From positions 64,001 through 128,000 of the IMG/VR virus record IMGVR_UViG_3300035704_000001: a stretch of DNA of 64,000 nt, one strand, 5' to 3'. Below, one piece after another: positions 54,937-64,000 of this stretch. Under the pieces are notes generated by a model that saw only the letters and a program-made list of their open reading frames with translations, was not told where the DNA came from and ran no database searches. The stretch's first letter is position 1; the number at the start of each line of letters is the position of its first letter. The DNA is from a virus. Made by a program: the position numbers and the translations under genes.

Positions 54937-55740
54937 ATGCCTGCTGCCGGCAAGCTCGGCCGACTGCCCATGGACCCGGAGCGCCCGCGGCTCACCCTGG
55001 AGAAGTACCTCAGCCCCCGCACCCCGCTGGCCAGGGCCGGCCTGCCGGCGGTGCCGCTGAAGAGGGACGTGGACCGGCTCAGCCGGGTCTCCAGCTGGCC
55101 GATGTACGTCAACGACCAGCTCGGCTGCTGCACCATCGCGGCCGCGGGCCACATGTTCGGGGCCTGGAACGTCTACGCCGGCCGGCCCGAGGTGCTGTTC
55201 AGCGATGACGAGATCATCAGGACCTACTCCGCGGTCGGCGGCTACGTGCCCGGCGAGGCGGACACCGACCAGGGCTGCGTCATGGCCGACGTGCTGGCCT
55301 ACCTCAAGAACACCGGCATGACCGACACCGCCGGCAAGGTGCACAAGATCTCCGGGTACGCCGCGTTCGGCAACCCGGCCGACGAGCTGCTGCTGGGCCA
55401 GGTCGTGGACGTCTTCGGCTCGGTCTACACCGGCTTCAACGTGCAGCAGCACATGATGGACGAGTTCGAGGACGGCCAGGTGTGGACCTGGCAGCCGGGG
55501 GACGAGGAGGTCGGCGGGCACTGCGTCCCGCTGCAGCGGCGCGAGGCAGCGGGCTCCCGGCACGGCATCCTGGACTACATCACCTGGGCGGTCGAGCAGC
55601 ACGCCGACTTCGGCTGGCAGGCCGGCGCGGTCGAGGAGGCCTGGGCCGTGGTCACGAACGACTGGCTGGAGACGAACGGCTCGACGGCTGACGGGCTGGA
55701 CCTGACCCAGCTGCTGGCCGACACGCGCTACGTAGGGTAA
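54937..55740 (+). CDS. papain-like cysteine peptidase
   Basis: NDQLGCCT, GGHCV, ITW. Confidence 0.75.
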   Translation: MPAAGKLGRLPMDPERPRLTLEKYLSPRTPLARAGLPAVPLKRDVDRLSRVSSWPMYVNDQLGCCTIAAAGHMFGAWNVYAGRPEVLFSDDEIIRTYSAVGGYVPGEADTDQGCVMADVLAYLKNTGMTDTAGKVHKISGYAAFGNPADELLLGQVVDVFGSVYTGFNVQQHMMDEFEDGQVWTWQPGDEEVGGHCVPLQRREAAGSRHGILDYITWAVEQHADFGWQAGAVEEAWAVVTNDWLETNGSTADGLDLTQLLADTRYVG

Positions 55741-55755
55741 CCCGATTAGCCCGGT

Positions 55756-56127
55756 ATGGACGCGGGCACCCTGGCGGCGCTCCTCACCATCGCCGTGACG
55801 GTGGCGGGGATCGTTTCCGGCGTGGCCGGGCACCTGCTGGGCCGGCGCTCTGCTTCGGGCCGGGTGTCCACCTCCGAGGCCAGCGTGCTGTGGGACCAGT
55901 CGCAGGACATGCGCCATTCGCAGGAAGACCGGCTAGCCCGCACCGAGGACCAGCGGGACAAGCTCATCGCTGCCTACACCACGCAGGTGCTGCCGATGCT
56001 GGCTGACATCAGCGCCCTGGTCACCGGCCTGACCGCGACTGTCTCCGACGGGTTCGAGGAGATCCGCCATCTCTCTGTGCTCCTGCAGCAAGGGGGTGAC
56101 CGTGCGATATCTTCGCCGGACCCGTGA
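55756..56127 (+). CDS. membrane protein, holin-like candidate
   Basis: N-terminal TM plus coiled coil; class B motif upstream. Confidence 0.65.
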   Translation: MDAGTLAALLTIAVTVAGIVSGVAGHLLGRRSASGRVSTSEASVLWDQSQDMRHSQEDRLARTEDQRDKLIAAYTTQVLPMLADISALVTGLTATVSDGFEEIRHLSVLLQQGGDRAISSPDP

Positions 56128-56299
56128 GCCGCCTGCGCCGCCTGCGCCTGCGGATGACCTGCAGGACAGGGATGACCAGATCGACGACCTACTGGCTACG
56201 GCTGCGCAGCTGACCCGGGAACTTCGCGAGGCCATCGCCTCCGCCTCGGTCACGCTGCGCAGGCCGAGGCGGATGGAGGGAGATCATGACGCCAGGTGA
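56096..56299 (+). CDS. hypothetical protein
   Basis: Overlap-coupled small ORF. Confidence 0.5.
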   Translation: MTVRYLRRTREPPAPPAPADDLQDRDDQIDDLLATAAQLTRELREAIASASVTLRRPRRMEGDHDAR

Positions 56300-56744
56300 G
56301 AGCGGGGAGCTGGGGCAGGACGAGCGGCCGGACCGGGAGCCCCTGCCGGGTGACGGCGCGCTGTCCGAGCCTGAGCTGGCCCGGCTGGAAGCCATCAGCG
56401 ACACGCTGGACAGGGTATCCACCCGGATCGAGACGGTGGCCGGGCGTGAGCGCACGACCCGGCACATGACCTGGTGGCTGGCGGGCTCGTTCGCGCTCGA
56501 CATCGTGCTGACCATCGTCGTCACCATCTTGACCATCAGTGCCATCGGCCAGTCGTCCTCGCTGCACCAGTCCCAGCTGGCCGCGTGCGCCATCGGCAAC
56601 CAGACGCGGACCGAGCAGCTGCAGCTCTGGGAGTTCCTGTTCAAGCTCACCGGCGGGGCCAAGACCCCGCAGGAGCAGAAGCTGCTCAAGTTCGTCCAGC
56701 ACACGTTCACCCCGGTCAACTGCGCCCAGGTCTACCGCCAGTAG
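56286..56744 (+). CDS. membrane protein
   Basis: Central TM helix; two Cys in the distal domain. Confidence 0.7.
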   Translation: MTPGESGELGQDERPDREPLPGDGALSEPELARLEAISDTLDRVSTRIETVAGRERTTRHMTWWLAGSFALDIVLTIVVTILTISAIGQSSSLHQSQLAACAIGNQTRTEQLQLWEFLFKLTGGAKTPQEQKLLKFVQHTFTPVNCAQVYRQ

Positions 56745-56798
56745 CGCGCCTGCCGATTAACCCGGTCAGACGCACAGCCGAGCAGGAGAGGCGCGGAC

Positions 56799-57461
56799 AT
56801 GCCGACGGCCAGCAACACGTTCCCCGGAACGCCGTTCGAGGGCTTCTCGCTCTCGCACGCCGCCATCCTGGACGGCTCCACCGGAGCGGAAAGCGCCACT
56901 GTTTATGGCGTGCGCAACGGCACCATTTCCACGGACCAGGGCAACTTCGAAAACACCGGTGACGATGTTGTCCTTTCCGAGCATTTCTGGATTAACTTCG
57001 CAAACGTCACCATCGAGGAAGGGTACATTCCTTTCTCGACCATTGCGAAGATCACCGGCACGACCGTGACCAGCAGCGGAGCTGCCGGAGCGGACTACTA
57101 CGCCATCCCGCTGTGGACCCTGGCCTCCATGAACCAGGTGACCCAGCCGCTGGCTATCCGGGTGCCTTCCAAGGACGCCGGCGGGCAGATCCGGACGCTC
57201 GACTTCGTGCTTTACCGGGTGCAATTCCAGCCGTTTAACTTCACCGGCCCGTCGTACAAGACCGGCCTTTCCTGCTCCATTGCGGGGCGCGCCCTGTTCT
57301 CCACCGTCAACGAGATCGGGACCTCGCTGCCGGCCGCCTACGGCGGGGCGTCGGGCACCTCCGGTACCGCCATCGGCCGCCTGGTCTCCTGGCCCGGCTC
57401 GGTCACCGGCGCCTTCACCCCCGAGCCCTTCCAGTCGGTGGCCTCGGGCGGCGTGGTCTAA
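56799..57461 (+). CDS. major tail (tube) protein
   Basis: Strong RBS, GDD motif, T/S/G-rich; upstream of the chaperones. Confidence 0.8.
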   Translation: MPTASNTFPGTPFEGFSLSHAAILDGSTGAESATVYGVRNGTISTDQGNFENTGDDVVLSEHFWINFANVTIEEGYIPFSTIAKITGTTVTSSGAAGADYYAIPLWTLASMNQVTQPLAIRVPSKDAGGQIRTLDFVLYRVQFQPFNFTGPSYKTGLSCSIAGRALFSTVNEIGTSLPAAYGGASGTSGTAIGRLVSWPGSVTGAFTPEPFQSVASGGVV

Positions 57462-57713
57462 GTGGCCCGCGAGCGGAAGAACTGGCCGGACGACGGCTCC
57501 CACTCTGCGGAGCCGGGCTTCCCGGTGCCCGAGGGCATCAAGGGCTGGTGCTTCCGCTGCCAGGCCTACTGCGGCGGCGAGGACCCGGGCATCAAGTGCA
57601 ACTGCTGCCGGGGCAACCCGCCGCCGGAGCGGGAGGCAGCCACCGGAGCCGACGTCATCGAGCGGCAGCAGCAGGACCCGGACCTGCGCGACGACAGCGG
57701 ATCTAGGCCGTAG
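57462..57713 (+). CDS. Cys-rich hypothetical protein
   Basis: CFRC..C...CNCC. Confidence 0.6.
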   Translation: MARERKNWPDDGSHSAEPGFPVPEGIKGWCFRCQAYCGGEDPGIKCNCCRGNPPPEREAATGADVIERQQQDPDLRDDSGSRP

Positions 57714-57721
57714 GAGGACCA

Positions 57722-58159
57722 GTGGCAGAGCGGAAGTCCGCGCAGGAGCGGGCCGAGGAGCGGGACGCCGAGCAGGCCCGGCTGGAGCGGGAGCGCGCCG
57801 GCACGCAGGCCGGCACGCACATGAAGGCACCGGACGAGCCGGCGCGCGGGCAGCAGGCTAACGCCCGCCAGACCGGGGACCAGGACAAGGCGGAGCCCGG
57901 CCTGCCCAGCCCGGTGCGCGCGGAGGACCGCGACCAGGAGTCCTACGACCGGGAGATGTCCGGCCGTCGGCGCGGCCGCCGCGGTGACCGGGACCCGGAG
58001 CGCGAGGAGTACGAGCGCGAGCGCGAGCGCGACTCGCACCTGCCGCTGGAGGAGCGCCGCCCCGAGTTCCTGACCGAGGAAGAGCGGACCGAGCAGGTGG
58101 AGCACATCCACCGGCTGTACCCGAAGGGGTACTCGCCGACCGCCGGCCTGGGCGAGTAG
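57722..58159 (+). CDS. highly charged disordered protein
   Basis: RBS AGGAGG; R/E-rich. Confidence 0.65.
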   Translation: MAERKSAQERAEERDAEQARLERERAGTQAGTHMKAPDEPARGQQANARQTGDQDKAEPGLPSPVRAEDRDQESYDREMSGRRRGRRGDRDPEREEYERERERDSHLPLEERRPEFLTEEERTEQVEHIHRLYPKGYSPTAGLGE

Positions 58160-58213
58160 TCCGATAGCACCCGGCGAGCGCGACACTGCGCTCCCAGAGT
58201 CCCTGGAGGACCG

Positions 58214-58897
58214 ATGCCGGACGAAGAGAACGAGCTGGACCGGCTGGACCCCCAGTCCCAGGTCGTGAAGCTCACCACCGGGCTGCAGGTGGATATCGTC
58301 CGGATGCGGACGCGCCAGTTCTTCCGGCTGCTGCGGGTGCTGACGCACGGGGCCGGGCCCGCCATGATGCGGGCCGGCCTGGACTTCTCCGCCGGGGCCC
58401 AGCAGTTCACCGCCCAGCTGCTCACGCTGGTGGTCATGTCGATCCCCGACGCCGAGCAGGAGGCCATCTCCTTCCTGCAGTCGATGTGCAAGCCGCACGG
58501 CGCCACCGACAAGCCCGACTCCCAGCTCACCAAGGCCGAGCGCGAGGGCAACGAGGCGCTGTACGAGCGGTTCAACAAGGACCTGTTCAACCCCGAGCTG
58601 GACGACACCCTGGACCTGATCGAGGCCATCGTCACGATCGAGGCGCCGGAACTGCAGGCCCTGGGAAAAAAGATCCAGCGGATGATGGACCTGTTCCGCA
58701 AGACGGGCCAGGACAAGGGCGAGAAGGAGCCGGAGCCGGGACCGGAGGAGCTGGCCTCGCAGGGATCTTCGCCCAGGCCTTCGACCTCCTCAGCAGCGAG
58801 TACGGATGGTCCGACGAGTACATCCTCGCCCTCCCCCTCTGCCGGCTCCGGCAGGTCTCCGAAGCAGTCCGCCAGCGTAAAGACCGAGACCGGGTAG
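58214..58897 (+). CDS. tail assembly chaperone (gpG-like)
   Basis: Position before the tape measure; contains a slippery site. Confidence 0.8.
   Translation: MPDEENELDRLDPQSQVVKLTTGLQVDIVRMRTRQFFRLLRVLTHGAGPAMMRAGLDFSAGAQQFTAQLLTLVVMSIPDAEQEAISFLQSMCKPHGATDKPDSQLTKAEREGNEALYERFNKDLFNPELDDTLDLIEAIVTIEAPELQALGKKIQRMMDLFRKTGQDKGEKEPEPGPEELASQGSSPRPSTSSAASTDGPTSTSSPSPSAGSGRSPKQSASVKTETG
58663..58669 (+). other. -1 programmed frameshift site G GGA AAA producing a gpGT-like fusion ending at 59304
   Basis: XXXYYYZ heptamer in frame; the -1 frame is open with YGWSDEYILALP. Confidence 0.85.
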
Positions 58898-59303
58898 CCC
58901 GGCTCCGGCTCGCGGAATGGCAGGTCAAGACGGTGTGCTCGTTCATCGGGGCGCAGGCCCCGATCGACACCAAGCAGACCGGCGGGAAGAACCCGCTGGT
59001 CGAGCTGGCGCACGCCATCGACATCATGGGCGAGCAGTCCGACGCCGACCGGGAGCTGGAGGCGATGCGGGGCCCGCGGGTGGCGGACAGCATCGAGGAC
59101 GATCCCCGGTTCGCCAAGGTGGCGGCCGATCCGGAGGCCGGCCAGGAGGCTGCCAACGGGCAGGGCTCGTACGAGGGCTTCATGGCCATGTTCGGCGGCG
59201 GCTCCCCGCTGCCGCCGGGGGCCGGGGGAGAGCCGGATTCCCGCCCGGACCTGCGCGAGGAGGCGCAGGAGGAGTATCCCGAGCTGCGGACGGGAGACAC
59301 CTG

Positions 59304-59468
59304 ATGCTGTACTGGCTCAGCTGGCGCTCTCCCCTGCTCCCGGTGCGGCTGTGGCACATCCTGCTCGACGGCACCTGGTGCCCGTGCGAGCGCAGCCGCC
59401 GGTACAGGGCCGCCCTGCGGCAGGCCCTGGAGGACCCGGCCGGGCTGGACTGGGGAGTTGACCCCTGA
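59304..59468 (+). CDS. small hypothetical protein
   Basis: TGATG coupling at both ends. Confidence 0.55.
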   Translation: MLYWLSWRSPLLPVRLWHILLDGTWCPCERSRRYRAALRQALEDPAGLDWGVDP

Positions 59469-62400
59469 TGGCGTACGAGGGCCCCGAGTACTGGTACGTC
59501 ATCTACAAGGCCGTCGCGGATTTCGGCGACCTGATGCGCGACGCCCGCCAGGCTAAGCAGGAACTGCAGGGCATGGCCGACCAGGCCAGGGCGTTCAACG
59601 CGGAGGAGACCGCGGCCGAGGCCAAGTCCTCCCAGATCCGGCAGCAGCAGACCCAGCAGCTGCAGCAGGAGGCCCAGGCGCTGCGGCTGCTGGGCGACTC
59701 GGCCAAGCAGACCAACCAGCAGCTGCTCTACGGCGGCCGCAACGACATGCAGCAGCACCTGTCCGACATGGACCGGCTGCTCCAGTACACCAACCTGCTC
59801 AACCGCGCGCAGTGGATGAACTTCTCCACCGTGCAGCAGGCGATGGCCTACCGCCAGCAGATGTACCAGCAGAAGCTGCTGGAGAACCGGGCCGAGTTCG
59901 GCGGCTACCTGACTGCTGACCAGTACCTGAGCTACATGGCCAAGCGGGTGCAGGCCGCCAACCTGGACACCGCGGCGGTCGAGGCCCGGGCCCGGGCGGT
60001 GCAGGACGAGACCGGTGCCTACCTGGCCTACCAGAACGCCATCACCGGCTCGCGCCAGTCGATCGGCCAGCTGGGCGAGGGCGTCTCCGCGCTGGGCGCG
60101 CTGAACGACGCCATCAGCGCGCTGCCGGACTCGGTGGACGTCACGCTGAACCTGGACGACACCCGGTTCCTGTCCGAGCTGGCGGCCGACCGCCAGCTGC
60201 TGGCTGCCGTGCCGCGCGGCACTACCTGGTCCGCGCAGGCACTGCCGGACCGCCCGTCGGTGCAGCTGGCCCGCGGCTCCGGGTTCCAGCGCGTCTCCAC
60301 CCCGCAGGACGAGGCCGACCAGGCTGCGGCGCTGCGCGAGGAGATGAACAAGCTGGCGGCGGCCGCGGTGCGGGACTCCGAGGCCGTAGACCGGATGATC
60401 AGCCGGGCCAGCGAGGACATGACCGGCGGGAACCGGTACCTGGCCCCGGAGACCTACCGGCCGGGCGGAGCGCTGGCCCGCAGCCCCGGCAGGCAGCTGG
60501 AGACCGCGGCCAGCTTCAACTCCACCGCCGCCCGGCTCGGGCTGGAGCAGTGGATGCAGCAGCTGCTCGCCGCGGTCCGCCAGCAGTACGAGTTCCGGGC
60601 CGGCCTGGACGACACCGAGGCCCTGATCGAGCTGGACAACCTGATGGCCCGGTTCCGGCAGGGCGAGAACGAGGGGCTGCGGCTGGCTGCCGGGATGGGC
60701 GGGGCGGCCGGAGGAGGAGGCGGAGGCGGGCCGCCCGGCGGGGGCGGTGCCCCGCCTGCCCCGCCGCCCGGGCCCGGCGGGGACGGGGAGGACTGGCGGG
60801 CCGAGGAAGAGGCCGCCCGGGCCCTGGAGGACGAGCTTCGCCGGCTTACCGACGCGAGCGGCGGGCTGAGCGACGCCGAACGCGAGATCGGCCTCTCGAC
60901 GGCCGAGGCCATCCGCCAGCTGACCGCCATGTCCCGCGCGGCCGCCGCGTCCGGGGACGCCGCCGGAGCCTCCCGGCTGGCCTGGGCGGCCAGCACGCTG
61001 CAGGCAGCCCAGCTCCGCGCGATGGGCACCGCCGCGGAGGGCGACGTCGAGTTCTTCGCCCGGCTCGCGGCCGCGTCCGAGGACGCCGGCGACGCCGCCC
61101 GGTTCGCCTACGCCGCGCAGGAGCTGGTGGCCCAGTCGCTGGGCAACATCCGCGATCCCGCGGCCGCGGCCGCCAGGGCGCTCGACGACGCCGGCAGGTC
61201 CACGCTGAACCTCGGCCGCTGGATGCGCATCCTCACCCACGACGTGACGCTGTGGTCCGGGGTGTTCGGCGACAACCACCTGACCGGCCAGGTGCAGCTG
61301 TGGCACATCGCGCTGGACGGGCTCATCGAGCTGTTCGCGGTCTGGGTCCCGGCGCTGGCCACCGCGGCCGCCGGGCTGCTGGCCTGGGGGGCGGCCGGCT
61401 ACAAGGCGGCGCGCGAGGTCGCGCTCCAGATGTTCAACGTGCACGAGGTCAGCACCGCGCTCAACCAGGCCGTGCCGCCGCTGACCCAGAATTTCGAGAA
61501 GCTGCAGAACTCGGTTCGCCCGCAGGTCTACGAGCTGCTGGGCGACGTCCTCAACGGGCTGTCCGGCAACACCGGGACCTTCAACACCCTGATCCAGCAG
61601 ACCGGCCACTACCTGGATGAGCTGGCCGCCCGGATCATCGTCCGGATGCAGTCCGGCGGCCAGGCCCTGCAGAACTTCTTCAAGGTCGGGGAGTCCGACC
61701 TGGCCGGGCTGGGCAAGGCGTTCGACTCCCTCGGCACCATCTTGCTCAAGCTGCTGCAGGCTACCGCGATTACCCATATCGCCGAAGACCTGCTGGCCGT
61801 CGGCGACGCCATCCTGTCGGTGGTCGCGGACATCTTCAAGATCACCCCCACCCCGGTGCTGGTGTTCCTGCTGGCCGCCCACGGCATCATCTTGTGGGGC
61901 GGGCTCGCGGCCACCGCGGTGGGCAAGGTGGTCATCGCGGTCACCCAGCTCACCGGCAAGATGGAGGCGCTGAACGACACCTCCGCCACGGTGGCGCGGT
62001 TCCTCGGGGCCACCGACGAGCAGCTGGGCAGGATCGCCTCGCACTCGGCCGGGGTCAAGGCCCTCGCCGACATCCTCGGCAATAAGACCACGGCGGACGA
62101 GGTGGGCCGGCTCGGCGCCACCATCGAGGGCACCGGCGTCTCCATCGCCGACTTCGTGCGCGACGCCGGCCCGTCCTCGGCTGCCCGGCTGGAGGAGTTC
62201 GCCGCCGGGCTCGGGGCCTCCGGGGAGAAGGCCGTCGCGCTGGGCATCGCGGCCGGCGCCACCGACGGGGAGCTGGCCTCGCTGGCCGCCCGGCTCGGCG
62301 GGGCCGCTGAGGCGGAAGGCGGGGCGGCGGCCGAGGGCGGCGGCCTGCTGGGCATGCTGGGCAAGCTGTCCCCGGCGCTCGGCAACGTCTACGTGGACAT

Positions 62401-64000
62401 CGGCCTGGTGGCGGCCGCGCTCATCGGGCTGGGCGTGTGGCTGGGGCTGCGCACCAACCAGACCCAGGCCTGGATCGAGTCGGTGGACAAGGCCGTCTCG
62501 GCTGCCCCGCTGCTGCAGTCGGTCGGGGTCACCGTCGGCAACCTGGCCGCTGTCACCACCGAGCTGAACCGGGCCCAGGCCTCCGGCGTCGGCGACGCGA
62601 CCGAGCTGGGCAACGCCCAGAAGGACCTGACCGACAAGCTGTCCACCGAGCTGGACCACACCGGCCAGGTGGCGCACGCCTACGGCGTGTCCATGCCGGC
62701 CGCGCTGGCCCTGATGAACACGGCCGGGGTCACCACCAACCAGCTGTTCAGCACCCAGTCCAAGGTCTGGGACGTGGCCCTGCAGCAGGTCAAGGGGCTG
62801 GTCACCGGATACCAGGCGATGGGACAGCAGCTCGGCCTGGTCGGCGGCGACCTCAACGCGCTGACGGTCAGCGAGTCCAGCCAGCTGGCCAACATGACCA
62901 AGCTGAACGACGCCTGGGATACCTGGACGAAGATCATCGGCGGGACTCCCACCGACTTCATCAAGTTCGCGCAGGGGCTCGCCACCATGACGGGCGACGC
63001 CGGGGCTGCGGGCGCGTCGATGACCGGGCTGTCCAAGAACGCCCTGAGCCTGCAGTACGACTTCCAGGGGACCTACACCGACGTCGAGAACCTGTTCGAT
63101 GCCTTCCGCAGCGACCAGGCCATCTCCGGGCAGGGCAACTTCGTCCAGTTCGTCAAGGCCGCGGTGGCCAACCTCATCCCGTTCGCCGGCGGGAGCAAGG
63201 AGGCCGCGGCCCAGATCAGCGCGCTGGCCCAGGAGGCCGGCGGCCCCGCCACCACGAACATCGCCACCCTGCAGCGGTGGGTCGGCAACATCAGCAACCC
63301 GCTCAAGACAATGCAGACCGAGGCCAACAACGCGGCCATCGGGGCATCCAACCTGAGCCAGGACGCGGCCCGGCTGGCGACCACGCTGCAGCAGCAGCTG
63401 GAGCCGGCCATGTCCAAGGCCACCTTCGGCGCGCTCGGCGGGCAGCAGGTGTTCAGTGCCTTCGCCGACGACCTGCTGAAGTTCGGGCCCAACAGCCAGC
63501 AGACCATCAGCTCCGGGGCCAAGGTCGCGGAGATGCTGCTGTCCGTCGATAAGAACTCGGCCAGCGCCAAGTCCCAGTTCACGGCGTGGGCCGAGTCGAT
63601 GGGGATGAGCAAGGACCAGGCGAACAAGCTGTGGTCCGAGGTCTCCAAGGGCGAGAAGCCGCTGGCCGGGATGCGCGACCAGCTGGCCCAGACCGGCACT
63701 AAGCTCGCGGACCTGGCCAAGCCGGGACTGTGGGGCCAGTTCGAGCACGCCATGATGGCGGCGTTCGACAAGCTCAAGAGCCACCCCATCACCGCGGCCC
63801 TGTTCGGGGCGCTCAACTTCATCCCCGGGTTCACCGCCGCCATGGACGCGGTAGGCCGCTTCGTCACCGGCTTCTTCGGGCACACCCTGCCTGACCTGGT
63901 GACCCGGACCCTGCCGAACCTGTCCAAGTCGGTGGCTGCCTGGTTCGCCGGCCCGTTCACCTCTGCCGTGCAGGGAGCCTGGGCGCACGTCTGGTCCGGC
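59468..64000 (+). CDS. tape measure protein (3' partial; missing from the ORF track because no stop falls in the window)
   Basis: MAYEGPEYWYVIYKAVADF... open for more than 1500 codons; Ala/Gln-rich helical; follows the chaperones. Confidence 0.9.
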   Translation, partial: MAYEGPEYWYVIYKAVADFGDLMRDARQAKQELQGMADQARAFNAEETAAEAKSSQIRQQQTQQLQQEAQALRLLGDSAKQTNQQLLYGGRNDMQQHLSDMDRLLQYTNLLNRAQWMNFSTVQQAMAYRQQMYQQKLLENRAEFGGYLTADQYLSYMAKRVQAANLDTAAVEARARAVQDETGAYLAYQNAITGSRQSIGQLGEGVSALGALNDAISALPDSVDVTLNLDDTRFLSELAADRQLLAAVPRGTTWSAQALPDRPSVQLARGSGFQRVSTPQDEADQAAALREEMNKLAAAAVRDSEAVDRMISRASEDMTGGNRYLAPETYRPGGALARSPGRQLETAASFNSTAARLGLEQWMQQLLAAVRQQYEFRAGLDDTEALIELDNLMARFRQGENEGLRLAAGMGGAAGGGGGGGPPGGGGAPPAPPPGPGGDGEDWRAEEEAARALEDELRRLTDASGGLSDAEREIGLSTAEAIRQLTAMSRAAAASGDAAGASRLAWAASTLQAAQLRAMGTAAEGDVEFFARLAAASEDAGDAARFAYAAQELVAQSLGNIRDPAAAAARALDDAGRSTLNLGRWMRILTHDVTLWSGVFGDNHLTGQVQLWHIALDGLIELFAVWVPALATAAAGLLAWGAAGYKAAREVALQMFNVHEVSTALNQAVPPLTQNFEKLQNSVRPQVYELLGDVLNGLSGNTGTFNTLIQQTGHYLDELAARIIVRMQSGGQALQNFFKVGESDLAGLGKAFDSLGTILLKLLQATAITHIAEDLLAVGDAILSVVADIFKITPTPVLVFLLAAHGIILWGGLAATAVGKVVIAVTQLTGKMEALNDTSATVARFLGATDEQLGRIASHSAGVKALADILGNKTTADEVGRLGATIEGTGVSIADFVRDAGPSSAARLEEFAAGLGASGEKAVALGIAAGATDGELASLAARLGGAAEAEGGAAAEGGGLLGMLGKLSPALGNVYVDIGLVAAALIGLGVWLGLRTNQTQAWIESVDKAVSAAPLLQSVGVTVGNLAAVTTELNRAQASGVGDATELGNAQKDLTDKLSTELDHTGQVAHAYGVSMPAALALMNTAGVTTNQLFSTQSKVWDVALQQVKGLVTGYQAMGQQLGLVGGDLNALTVSESSQLANMTKLNDAWDTWTKIIGGTPTDFIKFAQGLATMTGDAGAAGASMTGLSKNALSLQYDFQGTYTDVENLFDAFRSDQAISGQGNFVQFVKAAVANLIPFAGGSKEAAAQISALAQEAGGPATTNIATLQRWVGNISNPLKTMQTEANNAAIGASNLSQDAARLATTLQQQLEPAMSKATFGALGGQQVFSAFADDLLKFGPNSQQTISSGAKVAEMLLSVDKNSASAKSQFTAWAESMGMSKDQANKLWSEVSKGEKPLAGMRDQLAQTGTKLADLAKPGLWGQFEHAMMAAFDKLKSHPITAALFGALNFIPGFTAAMDAVGRFVTGFFGHTLPDLVTRTLPNLSKSVAAWFAGPFTSAVQGAWAHVWSG

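Noticed and set aside
53982-59288. 17-bp repeat GAGTATCCCGAGCTGCG at 53982 and 59272
   Set aside because: Only two copies, both encoding EYPELR, with no mobile-element context. Not interpretable.
59180-63988. Very long minus-strand ORFs (also 43553-47515, 15995-19255, 12551-15001 and others)
   Set aside because: These are antisense shadows of high-GC3 plus-strand genes, with no motifs or RBS.
1-64000. Prophage boundary, integrase or host genes
   Set aside because: None seen. Host-like genes (recA, dnaN, dnaX) are embedded in phage operons with phage promoter motifs.

Overview
This is a 64-kb segment of a large, high-GC (about 70%) actinobacterial tailed phage. It is probably a siphovirus: there is a tail tube, frameshifted tail chaperones and a long tape measure, and no sheath gene is seen. 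Almost everything is on the + strand. 1-23.5 kb is replication, recombination and nucleotide metabolism: family A polymerase, SSB, RusA, RecA, a split SbcC with SbcD, a RecB/Cas4-like nuclease, DnaN, DnaX, MazG, a large radical SAM fusion, a sugar-modification trio, and a displaced GH25 endolysin. 23.7-28.3 kb is the terminase region. 28.6-34.9 kb holds 36 tRNAs covering all 20 amino acids, interleaved with tRNA-like and other structured RNAs, a secreted mini-peptide gene and a homing endonuclease. 35.7-64 kb is head, neck and tail genes, ending in a partial tape measure. The most notable unexplained signals are: (1) every long gene overlap has an in-frame TTA at or near the gene junction, as if TTA acts as a stop; (2) two phage-specific promoter motifs sit at fixed distances from start codons, implying leaderless middle and late transcripts; (3) a circularly permuted tRNA-like RNA; (4) eight tRNAs have C33 instead of the near-invariant U33; (5) an rRNA-operon-type boxA element leads the tRNA array; (6) a signal-peptide mini-gene ending TVYYHG. 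All family assignments are by motif recognition; no database search was run.
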